DNA of 64,000 nt, taken from positions 15,940 through 79,939 of the forward strand of contig JAEKNX010000011.1 in NCBI GenBank assembly GCA_016839055.1. The letters are read 5' to 3'. Numbering within the stretch: the first letter of the stretch is position 1; each line of letters opens with the position of its first letter. Positions 19,212 through 28,371 of the stretch are shown here, piece by piece. A program made the position numbers and the translations under genes. Under the pieces are notes generated by a model. It was given only the letters and a program-made list of their open reading frames with translations. It made no database searches and was not told where the DNA came from. The DNA is from Spirochaetales bacterium (lineage in GTDB: Bacteria; Spirochaetota; Spirochaetia; UBA9216).

Positions 19212-20941
19212 GATTGATAAACCTCCGATTTTTCAATTGGGAGTTTTTTATCAGGAGAAATATCCTCAAGATCATCCCATATTTCAATATTATACTTATA
19301 TCCCTGCTCTGTCAGGAATTTTTGCCGGTTTGCCGAAAATACTTCTTCCGTTGTGAAGTTTGATACTACGGAATAGAACCACGAGTTGCGTTCCTTGGGT
19401 CTTAAAATTCTGCCGAGACGCTGTGCTTCTTCCTGGCGGGAGCCGAATGTTCCCGAAACCTGAATTGCAACTGAGGCGTCGGGCAGGTCTATCGCGAAGT
19501 TTGCCACCTTTGAAACGACAATTACCCGAACCTTGCCTTCACGGAAGTCCTGGTATATTACTTCACGTTCAGCGTTAGGTGTTTTTCCTGTGATTATTGG
19601 GGCTTTCAGCATTTTCGCGAGACTGTGCAGCTGTTTAAGATACTGGCCTATTACAATGATGTGATCTTCACGGTGGTTCTGCACCAGCTGGTTGACAATA
19701 TCCAGTTTTCGGGGGTTCTCGCTCGCTATCCGGAATTTCTGCCGCTTGTCGGCGGTAGCGTAGGATATGAGAAGGCTCTCTGGAAGATCAACCCGAATTT
19801 CGAAACAATCGGCTTCGGCAATCCACCCCTTGGTCTCGAGTTCCTTCCATGGAACATCGAACCGCTTAGGACCTACTAGTGAAAAAACATCCGCTTCGCG
19901 GCCGTCTTCCCTGAGGAGGGTAGCGGTCAGGCCGAGTCTGCGTACCGCCTGAATCTCGGCGGTGACCCTGAAAACAGGGGCCGGCAACAGGTGGACTTCG
20001 TCATAGATTATCAGCCCCCAGCCTCCTGCGGAGAAAATTTTAAAATGAGGAAAATCGCTTTCCTTGTCCGGCCGCCAGGTCAGAATTTGGTAGGTGGCAA
20101 TAGTAACCGGCTTTATTTCCTTTCTCGCGCCCGTGTATTCACCTATTTCTTCCGGCTTGAGTTCTGTTTTATCGATCAGTTCGCGCATCCACTGATGAAC
20201 CGCGGCAATGTTTGTGGTGATAATAAGCGTGTTCGTCCGGCAGAGGTCCATTGCCTTCATACCTACTATTGTTTTTCCCGAGCCGCAGGGCATTACAATG
20301 GTTCCGAAACCGAAACCCAGCTGTCCGCCTCCAAAAAAGGCTCCCGCCGCCTCGGTCTGGTAATCCCTGATAGTGAAATCCCTTCCGCCTAGGGTTTTCT
20401 TCCTGAGCTTGAAATCGAGGGAGGTGCCTTCTTTCAGGGGAGCCAGGTCTTTAACCGGCCATCCGGCTTTTATCAGCTCAACCTTGACAGATCCCCTGTC
20501 AACAAGTCTAATGAGAAAACCGTCTCCTTCCCTGATGAGGAGCTTTTTGAGGCTCTTTCGTGACTCGAGCTCTAAAATGATGTTCGGATTATCGGCCTCC
20601 AGAAAGAGCAGATCACTGTTGGTTGTTTCGCGGAGCACTAGCTGCCCGAAGCGGTTTATTGTCTGTCTGATTGAGAACAGGACGTTATCGGGAATCGCAA
20701 ACCGCGACCACCTCTCAAGACGATCTTTCACTTCTTCGGCCGGGATTCCCGCAGAGGCGGCATTCCATAATGATAGAGGAGTTATTCTGTAAGTGTGAAT
20801 ATGTTCGGGAGATTTCTCGAGTTCGGAGAAGGCTGCAATTTCATTTCTTGCACTCTCAAACGAGGAATCGTGTACATCCAGCATAAGCGAACTGTCGCTT
20901 TGGACTATAAGTGGTTTATTCTCAGGAGCAGTCATAGCCAA
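19208..20941 (-). CDS. XPB/Rad25/ERCC3-type SF2 DNA helicase
   Basis: 577 aa. It has Walker A (MPCGSGKT), DEVH (IIYDEVHLLP), the XPB-specific RED motif (TATLLREDGRE) and motif VI (GSRQEEAQRLGRILR). The N-terminal damage-recognition-like domain begins with the canonical LIVQSD...L. Confidence 0.9.
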   Translation of the reverse strand: MAMTAPENKPLIVQSDSSLMLDVHDSSFESARNEIAAFSELEKSPEHIHTYRITPLSLWNAASAGIPAEEVKDRLERWSRFAIPDNVLFSIRQTINRFGQLVLRETTNSDLLFLEADNPNIILELESRKSLKKLLIREGDGFLIRLVDRGSVKVELIKAGWPVKDLAPLKEGTSLDFKLRKKTLGGRDFTIRDYQTEAAGAFFGGGQLGFGFGTIVMPCGSGKTIVGMKAMDLCRTNTLIITTNIAAVHQWMRELIDKTELKPEEIGEYTGARKEIKPVTIATYQILTWRPDKESDFPHFKIFSAGGWGLIIYDEVHLLPAPVFRVTAEIQAVRRLGLTATLLREDGREADVFSLVGPKRFDVPWKELETKGWIAEADCFEIRVDLPESLLISYATADKRQKFRIASENPRKLDIVNQLVQNHREDHIIVIGQYLKQLHSLAKMLKAPIITGKTPNAEREVIYQDFREGKVRVIVVSKVANFAIDLPDASVAIQVSGTFGSRQEEAQRLGRILRPKERNSWFYSVVSNFTTEEVFSANRQKFLTEQGYKYNIEIWDDLEDISPDKKLPIEKSEVYQS

Positions 20942-21019
20942 ACAGCTTATCAGAATTATCGGCTCCTATCAAGATTAGAGAGGAAATTGCCGCTTATCGC
21001 AGGGCGGTAAACGGCAATT

Positions 21020-21745
21020 TTATCTTGACACTGCGTTTTCGGAGTTTATTTTCTCTATAATACTATTAAACCGCGCTTCGGCCTTCATTTTTACCTTAGG
21101 CTCCTTTTCGGTGCAGCCCTGTATTCGTTCCCGAAACAGTTTTCCTGCTTCGCTGCTTAGGTTACTGTAAATTCTGTATTTTACTCCATCGGTCTCATTT
21201 GCAACAAGAACCTTGAGCGATTCCCAGTCAAAAGCCTTTAATAGAAAGCTTATCTCATTATCGCGGGCGCCCAGAAACCAGCTGCCTGGAGATGTTTCTG
21301 ACTTTTTTTCCGCCTTTGACAGCTGTTCAACATATCTTTCATGATCGATAGACTGTATTTTTTGATGACTTTCATAAATGGATGAACCTAAAAACGAGAA
21401 AAGGATCTCTTCAGTAAGCCCGGCAGGATCGCCTCTTAGGATTGAGAGCACCCCCTCTCTGATCATGGACATCTCAAGCAGGAGAATACCGTCGGCATTA
21501 CGAACCGCTATCTTGATTTCAAGGAGTCTATCAACGGCTGAATAATCGTAGCCTTTTCCAACAAGCTTGATGCTGTCGCGCAGAAAAGAATTGGAAATCG
21601 AATCAGCATTCTGTCCTAGCACTATGAATCCGGAAGATCTGGCTTTTTTAGACTGATCGAGGATCTCCTTAATAAGTTTTAGAGAATGTTTTTTTTCGGC
21701 ATCGGTACATTTTATTCTGTTTCCAAATGAATATTCATATGTCAT
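21020..21745 (-). CDS. Hypothetical protein with weak FliG-C / MotA-cytoplasmic-loop-like segments
   Basis: 241 aa. GILLLEMSMIREGVLSILRGDPAGLTEEIL resembles the GLLALE...G..P block of MotA/FliG-type proteins. The C-terminal LVANETDGVKYRIYSNLSSEAGKLFRERI resembles the FliG C-terminus. The ORF is solid, but the function call is weak. Confidence 0.35.
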   Translation of the reverse strand: MTYEYSFGNRIKCTDAEKKHSLKLIKEILDQSKKARSSGFIVLGQNADSISNSFLRDSIKLVGKGYDYSAVDRLLEIKIAVRNADGILLLEMSMIREGVLSILRGDPAGLTEEILFSFLGSSIYESHQKIQSIDHERYVEQLSKAEKKSETSPGSWFLGARDNEISFLLKAFDWESLKVLVANETDGVKYRIYSNLSSEAGKLFRERIQGCTEKEPKVKMKAEARFNSIIEKINSENAVSR

Positions 21746-22004
21746 TGTGCGACTCCCTGAATTTTATTAAGCAAATCATTCTAGTTTATCACGCCCGGCA
21801 GGCTTATTCAGGGTTGCTTAAGTGTTTTTATATATAATATTGATTTATTATGATTTCAGCCTTCGATTCTTGACGAAACTCTTTAGAAATATAGCACCAA
21901 GGAAGACTTAGCTTACCTAAAGAAAGCGGTTTTAGTTTTAACCATCTTCCCAATTTGTAAAATTATATAAAGTATTTCTTGACAACTCGTAAAAGCCATG
22001 TAAG

Positions 22005-22044
22005 ACTACTGATATGATTAGTAGTAATACTACAAATATACTAG
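22005..22044. promoter_or_regulatory. Cluster of ACTAC/GTAGT inverted repeats: candidate GntR-family operator
   Basis: The elements are ACTACT (22005-22010), 9 nt, AGTAGT (22020-22025), the 6-1-6 palindrome GTAGTA-A-TACTAC (22021-22033), and ACTAGT nearby. They lie 40-75 nt upstream of the GntR gene, just downstream of a TTGACA box (21979-21984). Confidence 0.3.
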
Positions 22045-22080
22045 TGGTCATGTGTATATTATTATAACATAAGGAAGATT

Positions 22081-22740
22081 ATGGGCGATCCTAATACAAC
22101 ATTGAAGTCACAGATTTATGAGAAGATTCTTACGAAAATCATTGATAATGAATTTCCTATGGATGCTCTTCTCGTTGAAAGCCAGTTGATAAAGATGTTC
22201 AATGTCAGCAGGGCACCTGTTCGGGAAGCCCTCATTGAATTATGCCGGGAAGAAATTCTTAAAAATATTCCGAGAGCCGGTTACCAGATTGTACGTATTT
22301 CAGAAAAGAAGATGCGGGACGCTTTTCAGCTCAGGCTGATTCTGGAAGTTGAGGGATTGAGGCTCGGTTTTGAACGGATGACAGATGAAAATATTGAAGA
22401 ACTGACCGCTATTGCCGCTGATTCCGATAGAATCAGGGCTGAGGGAAAGAGTTCCGAATCTCTTGCGTTGAAGATGCAGCTCAATGATCAGTTTCACCTC
22501 AAACTAACTGAAATGTCAGGAAATGCGCTCATACATAAAACCCTGGGTGAGACTTTTTCATTGATAAGACGGGGGCTTGCCCAGATTATGATTCATGAAT
22601 ACGGTATGCCTTCTCCTAATACAACCTTTCATACCGGACTGGTTCAGGGGCTTCAGGAAAGGAATTTTGAAAAGGCTGAGAAGAATCTTAATGATGACAT
22701 ACTCTGTTACAAACAGAATGTCTGGAGCAAAATATTTTAA
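22081..22740 (+). CDS. GntR-family transcriptional regulator (FadR/FCD subfamily)
   Basis: 219 aa. The N-terminal wHTH is LVESQLIKMFNVSRAPVREALIELCREEIL and the C-terminal domain is all-helical. An AAGGAAG RBS is present. Confidence 0.88.
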   Translation: MGDPNTTLKSQIYEKILTKIIDNEFPMDALLVESQLIKMFNVSRAPVREALIELCREEILKNIPRAGYQIVRISEKKMRDAFQLRLILEVEGLRLGFERMTDENIEELTAIAADSDRIRAEGKSSESLALKMQLNDQFHLKLTEMSGNALIHKTLGETFSLIRRGLAQIMIHEYGMPSPNTTFHTGLVQGLQERNFEKAEKNLNDDILCYKQNVWSKIF

Positions 22741-22831
22741 ATCCTACCGGGGAATCCCGGTTTGATAATAAAACAGACGAAAGAGATGGCCGCCGCAGCG
22801 GTCCTTCGTCGAAAATCTTTCTGGAGGAAAT

Positions 22832-23977
22832 ATGAATAGAAATGTAAAGGGTCTTGTTGTTTTATTGGCGCTTTCACTACTTGCCATGCCGCTTTTTGCT
22901 GGTGGAAAGCAGGAAGTAAACAATGATGAGAGCGACACAATCCACATTGCGCTTACAGCGCCACTTTCTGGTGACTATGCAGAATACGGCACAAACTTTC
23001 AGCGTTCTGTTGAGATGGGAATCGAGTTTATTAATAAAGCCGGTGGTGTACTTGGTAAAGATCTTGTCCTTTCCGTTGGAGACTCAAAAGGTGATCCAAA
23101 GGAATCCGCAACTCTGGCTCAGAAATGGACATCTGATCCTACCATAGTGGCAGAAATCGGTGATTTTACTTCTACTTGCTGTATGGCTTCACAGCCCATA
23201 TATGACCAGAGTGAAATGGTTCAGCTTTCACCTACTGCCAGCCACAGTGATTTTGCTCCAGGTTCAGATTGGAGTTTCGGAATTGTAGGAACTCAGGCTG
23301 GAGAAGGTCCTTTCATGGCAGATTTTGCTTATAACGGACTTGGTTTGCGAACCATTGCTGTAATCAATATCAACAATGACTGGGGAATTGACACTCAGAA
23401 ATATTTTTCTGAAGCTTTCGAAAAACTCGGCGGTGTAATTATTGCCACTGAATCATATTTTGACGGTGAAAAAGACTTTACCGCAATACTTACTAAAATG
23501 AAGGCAACAAAGCCTGATGCTCTCTTTATGGCTGCAATGTACAATGATGGTGCTCTTATCAGCAAACAGCGTGTAAAGCTTGGATGGGATGTTGTAGTTG
23601 TAGGTCCAAGCTCACTCTACTCTGAACAGCTTCTTACACTCGGCGGTGACGCTGTTGAAGGTCTTTACACCAATGTAAGTTTCTTCACCGAAGATCCTGC
23701 CGAAGATGTTCAGTTTTACGTAACTGAGTTTGAGTCACGCTATGGTGTTAAACCAAACTTTCATGCAGCGCTTGCTTTTGACGCTATCAATATTCTTGCC
23801 GCAGCAATAGAAAAAGCAGGAACAACTGATCGCACTGCAATCAAGGAAGCCCTTGCAAAAACTACCGACTTTAAAGCACTTACCGGTTCAATAACCTTCA
23901 CTCCGGTCGGAGATGCTGTTAAACAGTATACAAAAGTCTGGATAACTGACGGTAAATTTAAAGTATATAACGACTAA
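22832..23977 (+). CDS. ABC transporter substrate-binding protein, LivJ/LivK (Peripla_BP_6) type
   Basis: 381 aa. It has a signal peptide (LLALSLLAMPLFAGG). The blocks IHIALTAPLSGDYAEYG, INNDWG and GPVSFD-like TGSITFTPVGDAV are typical of branched-chain/amino-acid-type SBPs. Confidence 0.88.
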   Translation: MNRNVKGLVVLLALSLLAMPLFAGGKQEVNNDESDTIHIALTAPLSGDYAEYGTNFQRSVEMGIEFINKAGGVLGKDLVLSVGDSKGDPKESATLAQKWTSDPTIVAEIGDFTSTCCMASQPIYDQSEMVQLSPTASHSDFAPGSDWSFGIVGTQAGEGPFMADFAYNGLGLRTIAVININNDWGIDTQKYFSEAFEKLGGVIIATESYFDGEKDFTAILTKMKATKPDALFMAAMYNDGALISKQRVKLGWDVVVVGPSSLYSEQLLTLGGDAVEGLYTNVSFFTEDPAEDVQFYVTEFESRYGVKPNFHAALAFDAINILAAAIEKAGTTDRTAIKEALAKTTDFKALTGSITFTPVGDAVKQYTKVWITDGKFKVYND

Positions 23978-24041
23978 AATTAATTCCAAAGGGATCTGTA
24001 TTCTACAGATCCCTCCTTCACTTTTATTTTTTAAGGGGTTA

Positions 24042-24911
24042 TTGATGTTACTGCAACAGTTAATTAATGGAATCACCCAGGGGAGCATCTTCGCATTATT
24101 GGCAATTTGTTTTTCTTTAGTCTGGGGATTACTGAAAATGGTCAATTTTGCACTGGGCGAAATATATATGTTCGGTGCATTCACAGGATGGTTAGTTGTA
24201 ACTTATATCTGTCCTAATATATTCGTAGCCATGGCAGCCGGAATAGCTGTTGGCTGGCTTCTTGGATTTATAATAGAAAAATCCGCGTTTAAGGCGCTTA
24301 GAGGAGCGCCTCATATTGCCTCGCTTATCTGTACGCTTGGGTTCTCAGTACTATTGAAAGAACTTGCTAATGTCCTTTTCGGTGCTGAAACAAAATCAAT
24401 GCCTGATTTTTTCAGCTCATCGGCATTGACAATTGGTCAGGCTAATATAACATGGCTGCAAATTATAATGATATTAACAGCAGCTATTATCCTGATCGGA
24501 TTACAGTTGTTTATTTATAAAACCAGAATGGGATTAGGTATCAGAGCGGTGTCCATGGATCATCAGGCAGCCGGCTTAATGGGAATCAACGTAGACAGAG
24601 TCATTTCAGTTGCGTTTTCTCTTTCCGGCGCACTAGCGGGGCTGGTAGGAGTGCTCGGCGCTACCTACTATAACGCGTTAAATCCGCATATGGGATTTTC
24701 CCCAGGCATGAAAGGTTTTACAGCCGCGGTTTTTGGTGGAATAACCTCAATTCCGGGGGCCATTTTAGGCGGTTATCTACTCGGCATTATTGAGAATCTC
24801 AGTGTTCAGGTTGTTTCTTCAGGATACAGGGATTTTATTGCCTATCTTATCCTGATATTGTTCCTGTTATTTCGTCCGAATGGAATTCTCGGAAAGAAAT
24901 CAAAGCTATAG
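24042..24911 (+). CDS. ABC transporter permease, LivH family
   Basis: 289 aa and polytopic. The N-terminus LLQQLINGITQGSIFALLAI and the LivH-like C-terminus FLLFRPNGILGK support the call. Confidence 0.9.
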   Translation: MMLLQQLINGITQGSIFALLAICFSLVWGLLKMVNFALGEIYMFGAFTGWLVVTYICPNIFVAMAAGIAVGWLLGFIIEKSAFKALRGAPHIASLICTLGFSVLLKELANVLFGAETKSMPDFFSSSALTIGQANITWLQIIMILTAAIILIGLQLFIYKTRMGLGIRAVSMDHQAAGLMGINVDRVISVAFSLSGALAGLVGVLGATYYNALNPHMGFSPGMKGFTAAVFGGITSIPGAILGGYLLGIIENLSVQVVSSGYRDFIAYLILILFLLFRPNGILGKKSKL

Positions 24912-24920
24912 GAGGAAATA

Positions 24921-25931
24921 ATGATAGCTGAAATAAAGAAATTCGCCGAGAAAAATAAACTCGTTGTTACAATAGCTGTGGCAGCACTTCTTCTTCTCAT
25001 CCCGTTAATATTGGGCAGTCCGTATCTTCTTCGGGTTGCAATAATGATATGTATTTTTGTGATTCTTTCTTCGAGTCTTAACCTGATAATAGGGTTTACC
25101 GGAATGTTCTCACTCGCACATGCAGCCTTCTATGGTATTGGAGCCTACTGTTCCGCCCTGCTGTCAATTAAGGTCGGGCTTCCGTTTTTAATAACTCTCC
25201 CGCTGGCTGGTATTCTTGCTGGACTTATCGGCGCAATTATAGGGCTGGCCACGCTGAGACTGAGGGAAACATTCCTTGTATTTGGAACTCTCGCCTTTGG
25301 AGAAATAGTTCGTATCGTAATAATGAACTGGACGTCCTTGACCAGAGGTCCAATGGGTATTCCAGGTATCCCTTTTCCAAAAATATTCGGATTTGAAATA
25401 AGCAATTATACCCATTACTATTATATGGTACTTTTCTTTGCCGTTATAGTAGTTTTATTAATTCGAAGACTTTACAACTCACGTGTCGGCCGTGCCTTTA
25501 TTGCTTTAAGGGAAGATGAAACGGGTGCCGCGTCAATGGGTGTTAATGTTTTTGCATATAAGGTCTGGGCATTTGCCCTCGGCTGTTTTTTTGCCGGAAT
25601 TGCGGGCGCGCTTTATGCCCACTTTGTACGGTATATATCCGCCGACCAGTTTGGAGTTAATGAATCGTTTGCAATTCTCACAATGGTGGCACTCGGAGGA
25701 ACAGGTTCCATAATCGGTCCTATTGTAGGTGCTGTTATTCTTATGGTCTTTCCGGAACTCTTCCGTTTTCTCGCTGAATACAGAATGGTATTATATGGCT
25801 TAATCCTTATCGTCATAATGATGTTTAAACCGGAAGGAATAGCCGGATTCAAGGGGATGTTCCCCAGAGACTTTGATATGATGTCAATTTTCAAACGTAA
25901 GAAGTCTAAAACCGAGGTCGAGGAGGCATAA
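24921..25931 (+). CDS. ABC transporter permease, LivM family
   Basis: 336 aa and polytopic. The blocks SLNLIIGFTGMFSLAHAAFYGIGAY and LREDETGAASMGVN are typical of LivM. Confidence 0.9.
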   Translation: MIAEIKKFAEKNKLVVTIAVAALLLLIPLILGSPYLLRVAIMICIFVILSSSLNLIIGFTGMFSLAHAAFYGIGAYCSALLSIKVGLPFLITLPLAGILAGLIGAIIGLATLRLRETFLVFGTLAFGEIVRIVIMNWTSLTRGPMGIPGIPFPKIFGFEISNYTHYYYMVLFFAVIVVLLIRRLYNSRVGRAFIALREDETGAASMGVNVFAYKVWAFALGCFFAGIAGALYAHFVRYISADQFGVNESFAILTMVALGGTGSIIGPIVGAVILMVFPELFRFLAEYRMVLYGLILIVIMMFKPEGIAGFKGMFPRDFDMMSIFKRKKSKTEVEEA

Positions 25932-25933
25932 CT

Positions 25934-26698
25934 ATGATACTGGAAATAAAAAACCTAAATAAAGCCTTCGGCGGGTTAAAGGCTGTTAACGATGTTAACA
26001 TGGAAATTGAAAAGGGCAGTATTCATGCTGTAATAGGACCTAACGGTGCTGGAAAAACAACCTTTTTTAATTGTATAACATCTATTAACCCTTCTAATTC
26101 GGGCGAGGTTCTCTGGAAAGGTGAAGACATCGCGAAACTGTCGACACATATAATCTCAACGAGGGGGATATCGCGAACTTTTCAGAACATAAGACTTTTT
26201 TCATATATGTCCGTCCTCGATAATGTACTTGTTGGAACTCATAATCTTACTAAATCATTTATTGTTGATGCGTTCCTCCATAGCAAGAGGTTTAAGACTG
26301 AAGAAAAAGACATGCGCGATTTTGGACTTGAACTTCTGAAAAAAGTAGGTCTTGAAGAGAAAGCCGGAGAATACGCACGTAATCTTCCTTATGGAGAACA
26401 GCGAAAACTCGAAATTGCAAGAGCAATGGGGAGTAAACCCGAGATTCTTCTTTTAGATGAGCCTGCTGCCGGAATGAACAGTCAGGAAACTGCAGAGCTT
26501 GTGAATTTCATTCGTCAACTGAAGAATGAGGGTTTTACAGTTCTGCTTATTGAACATGATATGAAACTAGTTATGAGTCTCGCCGATAAAATATCTGTTC
26601 TTGATCATGGAAGTAAAATAGCTGAAGGTGTGGCATCCGAGATTCAATGCAACGAAAGAGTAATTGAGGCTTATCTCGGCAAAAGGAGGTATGAGTAA
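25934..26698 (+). CDS. ABC transporter ATP-binding protein, LivG family
   Basis: 254 aa. It has Walker A (GPNGAGKTT), the signature-like YGEQRKLEIARA and Walker B (LLLLDEPAAG). Confidence 0.92.
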   Translation: MILEIKNLNKAFGGLKAVNDVNMEIEKGSIHAVIGPNGAGKTTFFNCITSINPSNSGEVLWKGEDIAKLSTHIISTRGISRTFQNIRLFSYMSVLDNVLVGTHNLTKSFIVDAFLHSKRFKTEEKDMRDFGLELLKKVGLEEKAGEYARNLPYGEQRKLEIARAMGSKPEILLLDEPAAGMNSQETAELVNFIRQLKNEGFTVLLIEHDMKLVMSLADKISVLDHGSKIAEGVASEIQCNERVIEAYLGKRRYE

Positions 26699-27438
26699 TG
26701 GCTATTCTTGAAATCGATAAACTGGTAGTTCACTACGGAAAGATTAATGCTCTCAAGGGTGTTTCGCTTTCAATTAACGCCGGAGACATTGTGACGATAA
26801 TCGGAGCAAACGGCGCGGGTAAAACTACTCTTCTCCAGGCAATAAGCGGTGTTATAAAATGTACATCCGGTTCGGTGAAATTTAATGGTAAGAACATAAC
26901 CAATGAACGCTCAGACAAAATCCTGCAGCATGGGGTAGCTCATGTTCCTGAGGGCCGAAGAGTTTTTAGTGAACTTACCGTTGAAGAAAATCTGCTCTGT
27001 GGAGCATATCTGAATAATGATAAGGCTGAGAAAAAAAGACTGATTGATGAGCAATATGAAATATTTCCACGGCTTGCGGAAAGAAAAAAACAGGAAGCTG
27101 GAAGCCTCTCCGGCGGTGAGCAGCAGATGCTCGCAATTGCAAGAGGTATGATGTCAAAACCGGCAATTGTTCTTCTTGACGAACCAAGCCTCGGACTTGC
27201 ACCCATACTTGTTGAGAGGATATTTGACATGATTGCCGAAATCAACAAAATGGGGAAGACCATTTTACTCGTCGAGCAAAATGCAAATATTGCTCTTCAT
27301 GTAGCTTCATACGGCTACATTCTTGAAACAGGAAAGATAACTGTAGAAAATACAACTGAAGTTCTTCGAAGCGATGATACTGTCAAGAAAGCTTATCTTG
27401 GAATGTCAGCCCCGGAATGTGAGGATATAAATGAATAA
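26698..27438 (+). CDS. ABC transporter ATP-binding protein, LivF family
   Basis: 246 aa. It has Walker A (GANGAGKTT), the signature LSGGEQQMLAIARG and Walker B (VLLDEPSLGL). Its ATG overlaps the LivG stop. Confidence 0.92.
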   Translation: MAILEIDKLVVHYGKINALKGVSLSINAGDIVTIIGANGAGKTTLLQAISGVIKCTSGSVKFNGKNITNERSDKILQHGVAHVPEGRRVFSELTVEENLLCGAYLNNDKAEKKRLIDEQYEIFPRLAERKKQEAGSLSGGEQQMLAIARGMMSKPAIVLLDEPSLGLAPILVERIFDMIAEINKMGKTILLVEQNANIALHVASYGYILETGKITVENTTEVLRSDDTVKKAYLGMSAPECEDINE

Positions 27439-28366
27439 AATTGAAAGAGTAGACGCCGTCCTGCAGGGGAAAAGCCCTGATTACGCCCCGATTTCCTGCT
27501 GGTACCATTTTGGATTACAATTTCTACCTGGTGAGAAATTCGCGGATATTGTTCTGTCATATTTTAAAAATTATGACTATGACTGGCTGAAAGTTATGAA
27601 TGATTATTTCTACCCCATGCCTGCGGGAATGGATGCGCTTAAAACTGCAGAGGATCTTAAGAAAATAACAGTTTTTGATATCGATAATTCTCCCTTCGCA
27701 GAGCAGCTTAAAGCAATTGAGATAATAGCAAAGGAACTTAAAGGAAAGGCTTATTTTTGCGATACAATTTTTGATCCCTATCAGGCGCTTCAGAAAAGTC
27801 CGGTAGGAGAACATCTTCCCAGATTAATGAAGGAAGAACCTGATGCGGTCCTTGATGCACTCGATGTTGTAAGTGATAATATTATCGCTTATGCCAAACG
27901 AACCCTTCAGGCGGGCACTCACGGCATATTCATGTCTGTTCTAGCCGGAAGCGATCAAATGAGCCGGGATGATTTTCTGAAATTTGAAAAACCATTTGCA
28001 ATGAAAGTCTTTCAGGCAGTAAAAGACATGGGCGCAATGAATACGGCTCATCTTCACGGCAAGAATGTTGATATTACAAACTGCCTCGATTTTCCGGTCT
28101 CTGTTTTTAGCTGGGAAGACAGGCTTTCAGGCAATATCAGCCTCGCGGATATGAAAGATAAGTGGGGCGGATGTGTGATGGGCGGTCTCGATAATACAAT
28201 TATGACAAGACGTACCCCTGAAGCCCTGATGGAACATACACGAGAGGGAATGAAACTGGGCGGTGAATCCAGATTCTTTCTTGCCAACGGCTGCAGTACG
28301 CCGGGACATATGGACCCGCTGGCTCTGAAGGCCATGGTTGATGTTGCACAGGGGAAAATTAAATAA
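27431..28366 (+). CDS. Uroporphyrinogen-decarboxylase (URO-D) superfamily protein of unknown specificity
   Basis: 311 aa. The N-terminal ERVDAVLQGKSPDYAPISCWYHF and the overall length and pattern resemble short URO-D/MtaA-like enzymes. It overlaps the LivF gene by 8 nt. Confidence 0.65.
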   Translation: MNKIERVDAVLQGKSPDYAPISCWYHFGLQFLPGEKFADIVLSYFKNYDYDWLKVMNDYFYPMPAGMDALKTAEDLKKITVFDIDNSPFAEQLKAIEIIAKELKGKAYFCDTIFDPYQALQKSPVGEHLPRLMKEEPDAVLDALDVVSDNIIAYAKRTLQAGTHGIFMSVLAGSDQMSRDDFLKFEKPFAMKVFQAVKDMGAMNTAHLHGKNVDITNCLDFPVSVFSWEDRLSGNISLADMKDKWGGCVMGGLDNTIMTRRTPEALMEHTREGMKLGGESRFFLANGCSTPGHMDPLALKAMVDVAQGKIK

Positions 28367-28371
28367 TCAAA

